Positions 46,265-54,692 of a DNA stretch of 64,000 bases are shown one piece after another. Location: the IMG/VR virus record IMGVR_UViG_3300022934_000004; one strand, 5' to 3'. The stretch comes from a virus. Both the position numbers and the translations under genes were made by a program. Position 1 is the first letter of the stretch. Each line of letters starts with the position of its first letter. The notes under the pieces were generated by a model. That model saw only the letters and a list, made by a program, of their open reading frames with translations, was not told the DNA's origin and did not search any database.

Positions 46265-46969
46265 TTACAAAAAATCTTGCATTCCTTTTAGTTCAATTGT
46301 TTTTTCTTCTTTACAACCAGAGCATTCATAAGTTAGTGTATGAGATACAGAAGGCATAGCTTCTACAAAATCTCTTAAGAGGCTAAATTGTTTAGAGTCT
46401 AATGATTCTAAAAAGTCTAGTCTTTCTTGTAAAGGCTCTTCACTAAATTTAATCACTTCGTTTTCTGTGATTACTTCATCAATACACTCAACTAAAACTC
46501 TAAATGTTTGGTCTGTTGTACTTAAACCGTCAAGGTCTGCGGCTATCATATCTAAGTATTTTGGCCATTTTAAAGATACAGAAATATTATTTGTAATTTC
46601 TATATTTTTATCTACATCTGGCATATTTACTAAAATTTGATCGAGTGGTACTTCCACTGAAGTTGCGGTGTTACACTCTTTGCAAACCGCATTTACTGTA
46701 CTATTTTCTCCTACAGATTTTGATCTAATTTGAATAAACGCGTATTCAATATCAAATGTAGTTAAGTTAGTATAAGAAATATCTTCTTGAATACATGCTT
46801 TTAGTGTATCAACAATAGCAGTCATGGATGCTTTTGTATCTCCACTTTCCGCTGCCAACATAAGAACCTTTTCTTCTTTCACTAAGTAAGGTCTAAATCT
46901 TACTGTTTCTTGTGTAGAAGGAATAACCAATTCATACTTTGGACTTTCATTCAACTTAGGTAGTGCCAT
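46265..46969 (-). CDS. 26: Baseplate hub chaperone gp26
   Basis: MALPK..P.Y; FRPYLVKEEK; FDIEY.F..IRSKSVGE; CxxC pairs. Confidence 0.9.
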   Translation of the reverse strand: MALPKLNESPKYELVIPSTQETVRFRPYLVKEEKVLMLAAESGDTKASMTAIVDTLKACIQEDISYTNLTTFDIEYAFIQIRSKSVGENSTVNAVCKECNTATSVEVPLDQILVNMPDVDKNIEITNNISVSLKWPKYLDMIAADLDGLSTTDQTFRVLVECIDEVITENEVIKFSEEPLQERLDFLESLDSKQFSLLRDFVEAMPSVSHTLTYECSGCKEEKTIELKGMQDFL

Positions 46970-46971
46970 TA

Positions 46972-47496
46972 TTATCTCCAGTCTGTAAAGGCCAGTTGTA
47001 CATTCACTTGTACTAATCCGTCCTGATCGTTATTTAATTCAATTACATTTACGGTTGTTGGAAATGCTTCTGATAAGGTGCAAGTATAAACTTCAAATCC
47101 TTGTTTATCTAATTGCTGTATAGTCACCTCTCTAGCAAAATCGTTTTTATACTTTACTTCATATACATTTCTTGAAATAATTTGATCTTGCCAGCCATCC
47201 CAATATCTTTTAATACTATAATCATTATTATCATAAAAAGTTAATGATACATCGTCTACAATGTAACCATATGGCATTTTTTCTGATTTCATGCCATACA
47301 TTCTTTCATTGGTTGTTATTTGTCTTCCTGGTAGTTGTGCTGCATTACACATTAAATCTAAAGTTTTAGAATCATTCTCTGCAAAGGGATCGTTTATACC
47401 TAAAGAACTTGCAGTTGGCAGATAGATTTTCCAAAGATTAGGTCGAGCTAATCCTCTACCCTTGCTTATTGCAGCTTTAAACTCTTCTATTTTCAT
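46972..47496 (-). CDS. Tail tube-like / tube initiator (gp54/gp19 family)
   Basis: GLARPN; LPG; K.PY; V.LTF; EAFP. Confidence 0.75.
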   Translation of the reverse strand: MKIEEFKAAISKGRGLARPNLWKIYLPTASSLGINDPFAENDSKTLDLMCNAAQLPGRQITTNERMYGMKSEKMPYGYIVDDVSLTFYDNNDYSIKRYWDGWQDQIISRNVYEVKYKNDFAREVTIQQLDKQGFEVYTCTLSEAFPTTVNVIELNNDQDGLVQVNVQLAFTDWR

Positions 47497-48080
47497 CTAA
47501 TCATTTTCCTTGATTCGCGGTACACTTCTGTTTTACTTGCTTTTTGGAAGTCGGCTGTTGGTAAAAACGTAGCAATCTCCCATTCAGGAGGAGGAACATA
47601 AGCAAATCTACTACGTACATTAGAGTTTAAATAATGTTTAAAGCAAGGTGCAAAATGTTTCATTGACGATGTTTTTTGTAACATAGCATAATTAATATTA
47701 AATCGTGTTGACTCATCATATGACATATTATTAGTATTATCTAGAAGACGGTCAAGAAACTTTGCTCTTAAGAGTGGTGGCAAATAATGTAAGTTAAGAC
47801 CATGAAATCCACCAGGAGCTGGCTTTACTACTATTACGAGGGGAAACGAATCATAATACGGTAGTGTTTCTTTGTGCTTAGGATCATAGAAAAACATAAA
47901 CATGCTACCTACGATCTGTCTAGGTTTAAGCTCTAATGGTTCTTGTTGCATAAGCTTTGATCGCGATGGAGCTCTAAGGCGTTGCGCCTTTTGTCGAAAC
48001 CAGTTAATCGACTGACGAGTCCTAGGCTGAATGCCTGCTCTAAATGCATCTAATTCGAGTTGTCTAAATAAATTTGCCAT
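47493..48080 (-). CDS. 2: DNA end protector gp2
   Basis: FFYDPKHK.TLPYYD.FPL; GLNLHYLPP; FK.YL. Confidence 0.92.
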   Translation of the reverse strand: MANLFRQLELDAFRAGIQPRTRQSINWFRQKAQRLRAPSRSKLMQQEPLELKPRQIVGSMFMFFYDPKHKETLPYYDSFPLVIVVKPAPGGFHGLNLHYLPPLLRAKFLDRLLDNTNNMSYDESTRFNINYAMLQKTSSMKHFAPCFKHYLNSNVRSRFAYVPPPEWEIATFLPTADFQKASKTEVYRESRKMIR

Positions 48081-48081
48081 G

Positions 48082-48621
48082 TTAGTATTTATAATCGAAA
48101 TGTGCAATATCTTTAGCTGCGATTAAACCAACTTTAGTAATCATATCTTCATTATAATGGTCTTTATAGTCAATGCTACCTCCGCTTGAGTTTTTAATAT
48201 CTAAAGGCTTATAGCAGTCATAGAATTCTTGCATTATCTTAAAATCTTCCCACAAATTTTCATATCTTAAAACTATAGTTGAAGGATCAATATACCTTAA
48301 TTGTGGTACTTTAAATTGAGCCATGTCAGTGTTCATTACATATTCTTCGAATGTTAAGCCGTCAACCGCTCTATTTTCTGTGTTCTTATAGTAATTATAG
48401 TAACTAAAGGCTCTTTGCCATGGATTTCTAACACAGCAGAAAATAGTATTTCTTCTTATCCTGTGTGGTGTAGGTAACTGGTTAAGCATAAAATGTTTTC
48501 CTTGCCATGACTTTGGCTTATACCATTTCCCTTTGCAATTATCAATTAGCCAGTTACTAATACTTGTTCCAGCATTCTTTGGAATGTGGATGAATATTGA
48601 ATCATCTGTGAGTATAGTCAT
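48082..48621 (-). CDS. Sulfotransferase family 2
   Basis: FIHIPKNAGTS; VRNPWQRAFSYY; RYENL; DI..F.Y. Confidence 0.85.
   Translation of the reverse strand: MTILTDDSIFIHIPKNAGTSISNWLIDNCKGKWYKPKSWQGKHFMLNQLPTPHRIRRNTIFCCVRNPWQRAFSYYNYYKNTENRAVDGLTFEEYVMNTDMAQFKVPQLRYIDPSTIVLRYENLWEDFKIMQEFYDCYKPLDIKNSSGGSIDYKDHYNEDMITKVGLIAAKDIAHFDYKY
48086..48093 (-). promoter_or_regulatory. T4-type late promoter for gene 2
   Basis: TATAAATA on minus strand, ATG at 48080. Confidence 0.7.
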
Positions 48622-49115
48622 TTCTTTTTCTTTCTCACTGGTCCTAGCGGCTTAAGTTTTTTTATAGGTTTCAGTGGTTTTGGTTTTATTCCCATTTTTT
48701 CTAAATGTTTTTCTGTCCAGATTTGAAATTGCCAGCCTCTGTCTTTAGCAAATTCACTTGCAGCCTTCCACTTATTTTGATTTTTCACGTATTCTAAACC
48801 TTCAGAAAGGTATGCTTTTGTTTTTCTTCCGGGGTAAACAGGAGGTTTTGTTTGTTTTTCAGGTTTCACTTCAACCAGCACAGTTGTGTTGTTAGTGTAT
48901 GTTATTTTTAAATCCATAAAATATCGGTGATATCTCTTATCAACGTCGTATAAGTATGGTATAACTATTTCTTCTGAGCTCCATGTCTTAATGTTAGGAT
49001 TTTCATCACACCACTTAAAACACCATTTTTCCCACATAGATCGATAGACTACATTAGAGCTATCTCCTCTATATTTCTTCTTATTTTTAACTGTGTATCT
49101 TCCTTTATAACTCAT
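48618..49115 (-). CDS. 4: Head completion nuclease gp4
   Basis: YKG..KY.GD...YRS.WE; WSSEE..IPY; HRYF.D; EVKP; KW.AA; WTE. Confidence 0.93.
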   Translation of the reverse strand: MSYKGRYTVKNKKKYRGDSSNVVYRSMWEKWCFKWCDENPNIKTWSSEEIVIPYLYDVDKRYHRYFMDLKITYTNNTTVLVEVKPEKQTKPPVYPGRKTKAYLSEGLEYVKNQNKWKAASEFAKDRGWQFQIWTEKHLEKMGIKPKPLKPIKKLKPLGPVRKKKK

Positions 49116-49123
49116 AGGATCCA

Positions 49124-49131
49124 TATAAATA
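49124..49131 (+). promoter_or_regulatory. T4-type late promoter
   Basis: TATAAATA upstream of baseplate operon. Confidence 0.75.
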
Positions 49132-49164
49132 CTGATAAGATTTTTCTATTTATTGGAAGTTTAC

Positions 49165-50127
49165 ATGGCTGAATTACAATTTCCTATCTCAGGACAAGAC
49201 AAATACAAGGGTCGAATTAGATTTGACGTATGGAGAACCATTCCTCCCACAATAACTCAAAGAGCTCAAAGAGCTGTAAATGATGCAATATCCAGCGCTG
49301 ATGCAGCGTTAGGTGGAGGAACACCTATTATAAGCTCAAATGATCCAAATGATCCACGTGGTCCTAATCAAATTCCATCTTTAGATGATCCAAATGTGGG
49401 TATTGGCTCAGGGGCATTTGTTGGCAAATCACAAGAAATAAGAACTGGTAATATGTGTAGCATCTACATGCCACAGTCAATACAAATTCAAGATGGTGTT
49501 CAAATTGAAAACGTAGATTTAGGAGTGTTTGGATCTACACTTGAAGCAGGATTGAAAGCAGGCACCGCACCTTTAGAAGCATTAGTTAATTCAGCCGGAG
49601 CTACGTTTAGTTCAATTGCAGATTTTTTTAGAGGTAATTTAACACAAGATGCAGCTAGAGCAGCTGCTGCAAGGCTTTCGGGGATGGTCAGTGATGGTGC
49701 TATTAGTGGAGCAGTTAGATCAGCACTTCAAACTACACCAGCACCAAACACTAGAGCAATTTTTAAAGCTGTAAACATTAGAGAATTTTCTTTTCAATTC
49801 ACTATGATTCCAAAGACTCAAAGAGAAGCTCAGGAAATTGTCAACATTATTAAATTTTTTAGGACTGAGTTATATCCTGAAACAATTAAAGCTGGAAATA
49901 TTCCTGTAGCATATAAGTTTCCAAATAAGTTTGCCATATCAATTGAGTACGATGGTAAGTTAGTGGCAACTCAAATATTAAAATCATATTTACGTAATTT
50001 TCAAACCAACTATAATCCTTCTTCAATGGCATTTTTTGAAGATGGAAATTTCCAAGAGATTCAGATCGCGATGAGTTTCGTAGAATCCAGAACATTGGAC
50101 AAAGACGATATTGCTGGAGGTTTCTAA
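49165..50127 (+). CDS. 48: Baseplate tail-tube cap gp48-like
   Basis: IYMP; F..V.IREFSFQF.MIPK...EA..I..II.FFR; YNP; F.E. Confidence 0.8.
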   Translation: MAELQFPISGQDKYKGRIRFDVWRTIPPTITQRAQRAVNDAISSADAALGGGTPIISSNDPNDPRGPNQIPSLDDPNVGIGSGAFVGKSQEIRTGNMCSIYMPQSIQIQDGVQIENVDLGVFGSTLEAGLKAGTAPLEALVNSAGATFSSIADFFRGNLTQDAARAAAARLSGMVSDGAISGAVRSALQTTPAPNTRAIFKAVNIREFSFQFTMIPKTQREAQEIVNIIKFFRTELYPETIKAGNIPVAYKFPNKFAISIEYDGKLVATQILKSYLRNFQTNYNPSSMAFFEDGNFQEIQIAMSFVESRTLDKDDIAGGF

Positions 50128-50873
50128 TGGCTTATTTTCGAAATTTTCCTATCACTAATTATCAATTCGGTGATTCAAAAAATATTACTGCTATTCAAGA
50201 TCTCACCGCATATATTGATATAATTGATAGAGTAAGAGACGATGCTGCATTTTACCAAATGTACACAATCCTTCCAAAAGAAAGACCTGATTGGCTATCT
50301 TTCAAGCTTTATGGTGACACTAGATTCCATTGGACATTTTATTTACTAAATGATAAAGTCCGCCGTCAAGGCTGGCCTTTAGATTATAATCAAGTAGTAG
50401 AAAAGGCAAAGAAAGATTATCCTAACGAAACATTTACATTTGATGAGTTAATGCATGATCAATTTCTTGTAGGCACTACATTTGAAGGATTAACAAGCGG
50501 AGCAACTGGAAAGATTCTAAGAAGAAATCTAGACTTAGGACAAATTACATATGAAAGAACGAGTAGTTCTAGCTTTACAAGCGGTGGAGAGGTAGTCGTT
50601 CAAAAAGATACGTTTGGCAATGTCACGAATAGTGGAAATGGTACATCATTTGTAAAAGAATATCTTGCAGCTCATCATTATGAAAATGCTGATAAAGAAA
50701 CAGTAGACATTGATCCATTAATTGGACCAGGTGTTCTTTTAACAGAAATTACATACTTGGACAGATATGAACGAGCTAATGACGAGCTAAAAGAAATTAA
50801 AGTACTTAGACCAAATGTAATTAATGATATTGACCAAGCATTCCAAGAAGCATTAACAGGTACTGATGGATGA
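50127..50873 (+). CDS. 53: Baseplate wedge gp53
   Basis: YFRNFP; ERPD..S..LYG...HW; WP; HHYE; YE..N. Confidence 0.88.
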   Translation: MAYFRNFPITNYQFGDSKNITAIQDLTAYIDIIDRVRDDAAFYQMYTILPKERPDWLSFKLYGDTRFHWTFYLLNDKVRRQGWPLDYNQVVEKAKKDYPNETFTFDELMHDQFLVGTTFEGLTSGATGKILRRNLDLGQITYERTSSSSFTSGGEVVVQKDTFGNVTNSGNGTSFVKEYLAAHHYENADKETVDIDPLIGPGVLLTEITYLDRYERANDELKEIKVLRPNVINDIDQAFQEALTGTDG

Positions 50874-52177
50874 GCGAAGCAACACCCTTTGATTTTGAAA
50901 TCGTTAGTGCTGTTGTGTCTGCAAACAGAATGTCTTTTGTAGTAGACTTAGCACGTGTCATTTCAGAAATTAATATATTTGAACATGTCGATAAACCATT
51001 CTTAACTGGAAACATTTTGTTCAATGACAATGCCGGTCTCTATAATGAGGTAAACTGGCAAGGAACAGAAACACTTTCACTTACTATCCGCACTGATCAA
51101 TCTGGTGATTTTACTATCAATCGTAATTTTCGAATTACGAATGTCAAGCAATCAATAAAATCTAATGATAATAACGAAACGTTCTTGATGGAATTTATTG
51201 ATGAGTATGCTTGGTTATCATCAACTATCAATGTTAATAAAGCATATCAAGGTAAGTGTAAAGATATAATTACCGGCATTGTAACCGATACCCTTGGCAT
51301 AGAAGTTATGAGTCAAAATAAACCTGATGCGTACAAAGACATGCGAGTCTTAGTTCCTAATATGTCTCCACTTCAAGCAGCAATGTGGATAAAGGATAGA
51401 GCACGTGATGTATACGGATCTCCATATTTTCTTTATGCATCGATTGCTGATGAAAGATTACGATATATTGACTTAGAAACAATTCTTTCTCTTGGACCAC
51501 TTAATAAAGGTCGAGACTACATATTTGCTCAACCATTTGGTTCACAAAGTCCAAAAATGGATTTCGAAGATCAGTGCTTTATTATACAAACTTATAGACA
51601 ACCTGAATCCGAGAACCTACTTAGGTTATCAAATCAAGGGTATGTTGGTGCTGAATGGGAATTTGTAGATCCTATCAAAGCTAATTCATATAAAATTAAG
51701 CATGATATTCAAAAATCATTTAGCAGTATGGTGACAAGAGGCGTATTTCCATCAACACAAAACGTACCAGTATATGATAATTCCTCAGGCTTACATACCT
51801 CAACTGCTAGACATATAACACAACTTGCTGGTAGTCGGACATATATTGGAGCAAATAATATTTATGAAGCTGAAAACAGCATGGAGCACCAAGAAAAAGT
51901 TACATCAAAAGCGTTAAGAAATTTTCTCTTAAAAAGTCCAGTAGACATAAACGTACCAGGCAAAAATTTCTTCTTAAGAAGAAAAAATATGACAATTGGT
52001 AACACAATAAATGTGATGTTTCAAATTAATGATGATACTGATGGTGGAAATGTTGTAGACTATAAGAGATCAGGTCAATACATGGTGTATTCAGCAAGAC
52101 ATGTGTTCACGGCAAATAGATACACTGTAAACTTAACTTGTGCTAAACTAGCCACAGGTTCTAAACGTGGAGTATAA
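50870..52177 (+). CDS. Baseplate hub protein (gp27-like)
   Basis: Position between gp53 and gp5; I.E....PF.TG; VPG; SG.Y.V...RH. Confidence 0.65.
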   Translation: MSEATPFDFEIVSAVVSANRMSFVVDLARVISEINIFEHVDKPFLTGNILFNDNAGLYNEVNWQGTETLSLTIRTDQSGDFTINRNFRITNVKQSIKSNDNNETFLMEFIDEYAWLSSTINVNKAYQGKCKDIITGIVTDTLGIEVMSQNKPDAYKDMRVLVPNMSPLQAAMWIKDRARDVYGSPYFLYASIADERLRYIDLETILSLGPLNKGRDYIFAQPFGSQSPKMDFEDQCFIIQTYRQPESENLLRLSNQGYVGAEWEFVDPIKANSYKIKHDIQKSFSSMVTRGVFPSTQNVPVYDNSSGLHTSTARHITQLAGSRTYIGANNIYEAENSMEHQEKVTSKALRNFLLKSPVDINVPGKNFFLRRKNMTIGNTINVMFQINDDTDGGNVVDYKRSGQYMVYSARHVFTANRYTVNLTCAKLATGSKRGV

Positions 52178-52179
52178 CT

Positions 52180-53124
52180 ATGAGTTTGTTGGATGATAGA
52201 ATTCCTAAAATTATAGAAAATCACCACTATGGTGATGAAACAAGATGGTGGCTAGGGAAATGTATAAATAATCGAGATCCAGATAAATTAGGAAGAGTTC
52301 AAGTTAGAATTTTTGGTATACACTCCGGAAGTCAAGCCGACATGCCTACATCAGTCCTACCTTGGGCACAGTGTCTAACTCCAAGCACAGAAGGTGGAGT
52401 GTCTGGAAAAGGAAGATATTCAAAAATATTACCTGGTGCTGAAGTGTTTGGAATAATGCTTGATGGTAAAAATTCACAGTGTCCACTTGTACTTGGTACG
52501 TTACACTATAAAGAAAATGGATCAGGCCGAGTACCAAAACATTCAAATGCTGGCCGACAGGATAGAGTCTATGATCCAAGAGGTCCACATCAAATACCGG
52601 GTTACGATAGCGGTATACCAAATGGTGAAATAGATACTGCACTATCAGGTGGCACAAATGCTGAAAAGATTTTTAACTTCTTTACAGCTCAAGGATTTCA
52701 ACCGAATCAAGCTGCAGCATTTGTTGGCAATTTCTATGCTGAATCGAACTTAGATCCTAAAGCTCTAAATCCTAATGACAAGGGAAAGCCTGCGTTTGGA
52801 TTAGCTCAATGGAGAGGTAGTCGTTATGATGACCTAATAACATATTCTGAAGAGGTTGGATTGCCCCCTGACTCACTTACAACTCAACTTAATTTCGTTA
52901 TGCATGAATTAAATACAACCGAAAGCCAAGCGCATGGTAAAATAAGAGCGAGCGGATCAGTTGGAGATGCTACGACTGTAGTAAGTAGATATTATGAAAG
53001 ACCTGAATTTACATTAACAAACGGCGCATATAATAGTCCAAGCTTACCTACTCGTCAAAATGTAGCAATGGATGCATATAACAGATTTGCTTCGAATGGA
53101 GTAGCAGTTGGTGGAGGTAACTAA
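52180..53124 (+). CDS. gp5 N-terminal OB domain fused to phage tail lysozyme domain
   Basis: DPDKLGRVQVRIFGIH..LPWA; GNFYAES; FGLAQW; YYERP. Confidence 0.82.
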   Translation: MSLLDDRIPKIIENHHYGDETRWWLGKCINNRDPDKLGRVQVRIFGIHSGSQADMPTSVLPWAQCLTPSTEGGVSGKGRYSKILPGAEVFGIMLDGKNSQCPLVLGTLHYKENGSGRVPKHSNAGRQDRVYDPRGPHQIPGYDSGIPNGEIDTALSGGTNAEKIFNFFTAQGFQPNQAAAFVGNFYAESNLDPKALNPNDKGKPAFGLAQWRGSRYDDLITYSEEVGLPPDSLTTQLNFVMHELNTTESQAHGKIRASGSVGDATTVVSRYYERPEFTLTNGAYNSPSLPTRQNVAMDAYNRFASNGVAVGGGN

Positions 53125-54683
53125 TGAGCGTGAACGTACAAATTTCTTTACCATCACTAAATGAAGTTCTTGGAAATATTCCAGCATTTTCACAGTTACA
53201 AAAAGTAGAAAGTGAAATACAGAATGCTGCAAATCAATTTAGCTCAGCACTACAACGAGGAATGGTCTTAGGTAGGTCAAGAACTACTATCAATGGGCTA
53301 GAATCTCTTACTTCAAATGTAGATTTAACGAACACAGGCCTAGGCATTAACGTCGCAGCCGAGTTCAATTTTGGAGTAGTGCGTATTAGAGCATCAATGC
53401 CAGGATTCTCAAATATTCTAATCAATACACAAAATTTTTCTGCTGATTTGAGATTAGTCACTGGAAGAACAACTTTTCCAACATCATTTGAACCAAATGA
53501 AATCGTTATTGCAAGCACTTCAAGAGCAATCAAATCGAATGTTCACAACATTACAGGCAAAACGCCTAACTATGACAAAATCGTTGCAGATACCATAGAT
53601 CCACAATACAGTTCATCTGCAGCAGCTGCATACAATGCAGTTAACACTACAACAGGTGCATTAACTGAAATCGTAAATTCGGTTTCATCATCTGTGAGTG
53701 GCTTATCATCAACCATTTCGACTTCGCTTGGTGATGTATCCGTTACATATGGTAAGCTCGATAATGCTGCATTACAAGTCGATAACTATATCGAAAGAGA
53801 AATCCGTTCATTGACAAGCAATACAATACCAGAAGAAGATGTTAGATTCGCTACACAAGCAATTGCAGATGGTCGGCCAGAAGTTGCAGTTCAGATTATG
53901 CAGCCGTACTCTACAGTTGACTTTGCAAAGCTAGAAGAAGACGTTCATGCTGTGCCATCATCTCCAACAAGTCAAATCGGTACTCCATCTGGTACACAAA
54001 CGACTGTATTAGGTGGTGGTCTTGGTACATCAACTCACACACCAAAAGTCATTGGTGGTGAAACTGCGGGATGGCAAGGTCGGTCTACACCTTCAAACTG
54101 GTCAGGATTCAACGAAGTCAATTCAATCGAAGAATTGATTGCAGAATTTCTTCAGTGCAAAAGACCAATCACAGAGTTCGTTGTTCATTGGACAGCTCAC
54201 TACCTCGATTCAGAAGGAGTGGGAGCTGCACGTGTTCACCAAGATATGATTAGTCGAACAGATATTCAGTTTGCAGGACTAGGATATCACTACATTATCA
54301 AGAGAGATGGTACAATCGAAAGAGGTAGACCGCTCGGAATTCAAGGAGCACATGCTGCTGCTGGAGGACATAATAAGCATTCAATAGGAATATCTTTCGT
54401 TGCAGGATATAATTGTACGAGTGGTACACCGAATCCGAATAAGTTCATTAGTGCAGATTCAATTACGAGTCCTCAGTTTGCGGCATTCGATGACTGGTGT
54501 AGAGCATTCTATCAAGTGTTTCCAGCTGGTCAAGGATTCGGTCATAATGACACTGATCCGAATCGAAAAGTCGATCCGGGATTCAATGTACCTGAATATT
54601 TAGAGACAAAATTTGGCAAAAGAAATGTGATCGCCGCGGCACAAGGTCCGCTTTCACCTGAACAACTGACAGCAATAGTATAG
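53124..54683 (+). CDS. Baseplate protein with C-terminal N-acetylmuramoyl-L-alanine amidase
   Basis: VVHWTA; GYHYII.RDG.IERGRP; GAH; SIGI; GHND; KVDPGF. Confidence 0.8.
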   Translation: MSVNVQISLPSLNEVLGNIPAFSQLQKVESEIQNAANQFSSALQRGMVLGRSRTTINGLESLTSNVDLTNTGLGINVAAEFNFGVVRIRASMPGFSNILINTQNFSADLRLVTGRTTFPTSFEPNEIVIASTSRAIKSNVHNITGKTPNYDKIVADTIDPQYSSSAAAAYNAVNTTTGALTEIVNSVSSSVSGLSSTISTSLGDVSVTYGKLDNAALQVDNYIEREIRSLTSNTIPEEDVRFATQAIADGRPEVAVQIMQPYSTVDFAKLEEDVHAVPSSPTSQIGTPSGTQTTVLGGGLGTSTHTPKVIGGETAGWQGRSTPSNWSGFNEVNSIEELIAEFLQCKRPITEFVVHWTAHYLDSEGVGAARVHQDMISRTDIQFAGLGYHYIIKRDGTIERGRPLGIQGAHAAAGGHNKHSIGISFVAGYNCTSGTPNPNKFISADSITSPQFAAFDDWCRAFYQVFPAGQGFGHNDTDPNRKVDPGFNVPEYLETKFGKRNVIAAAQGPLSPEQLTAIV

Positions 54684-54692
54684 GATAAGAAA

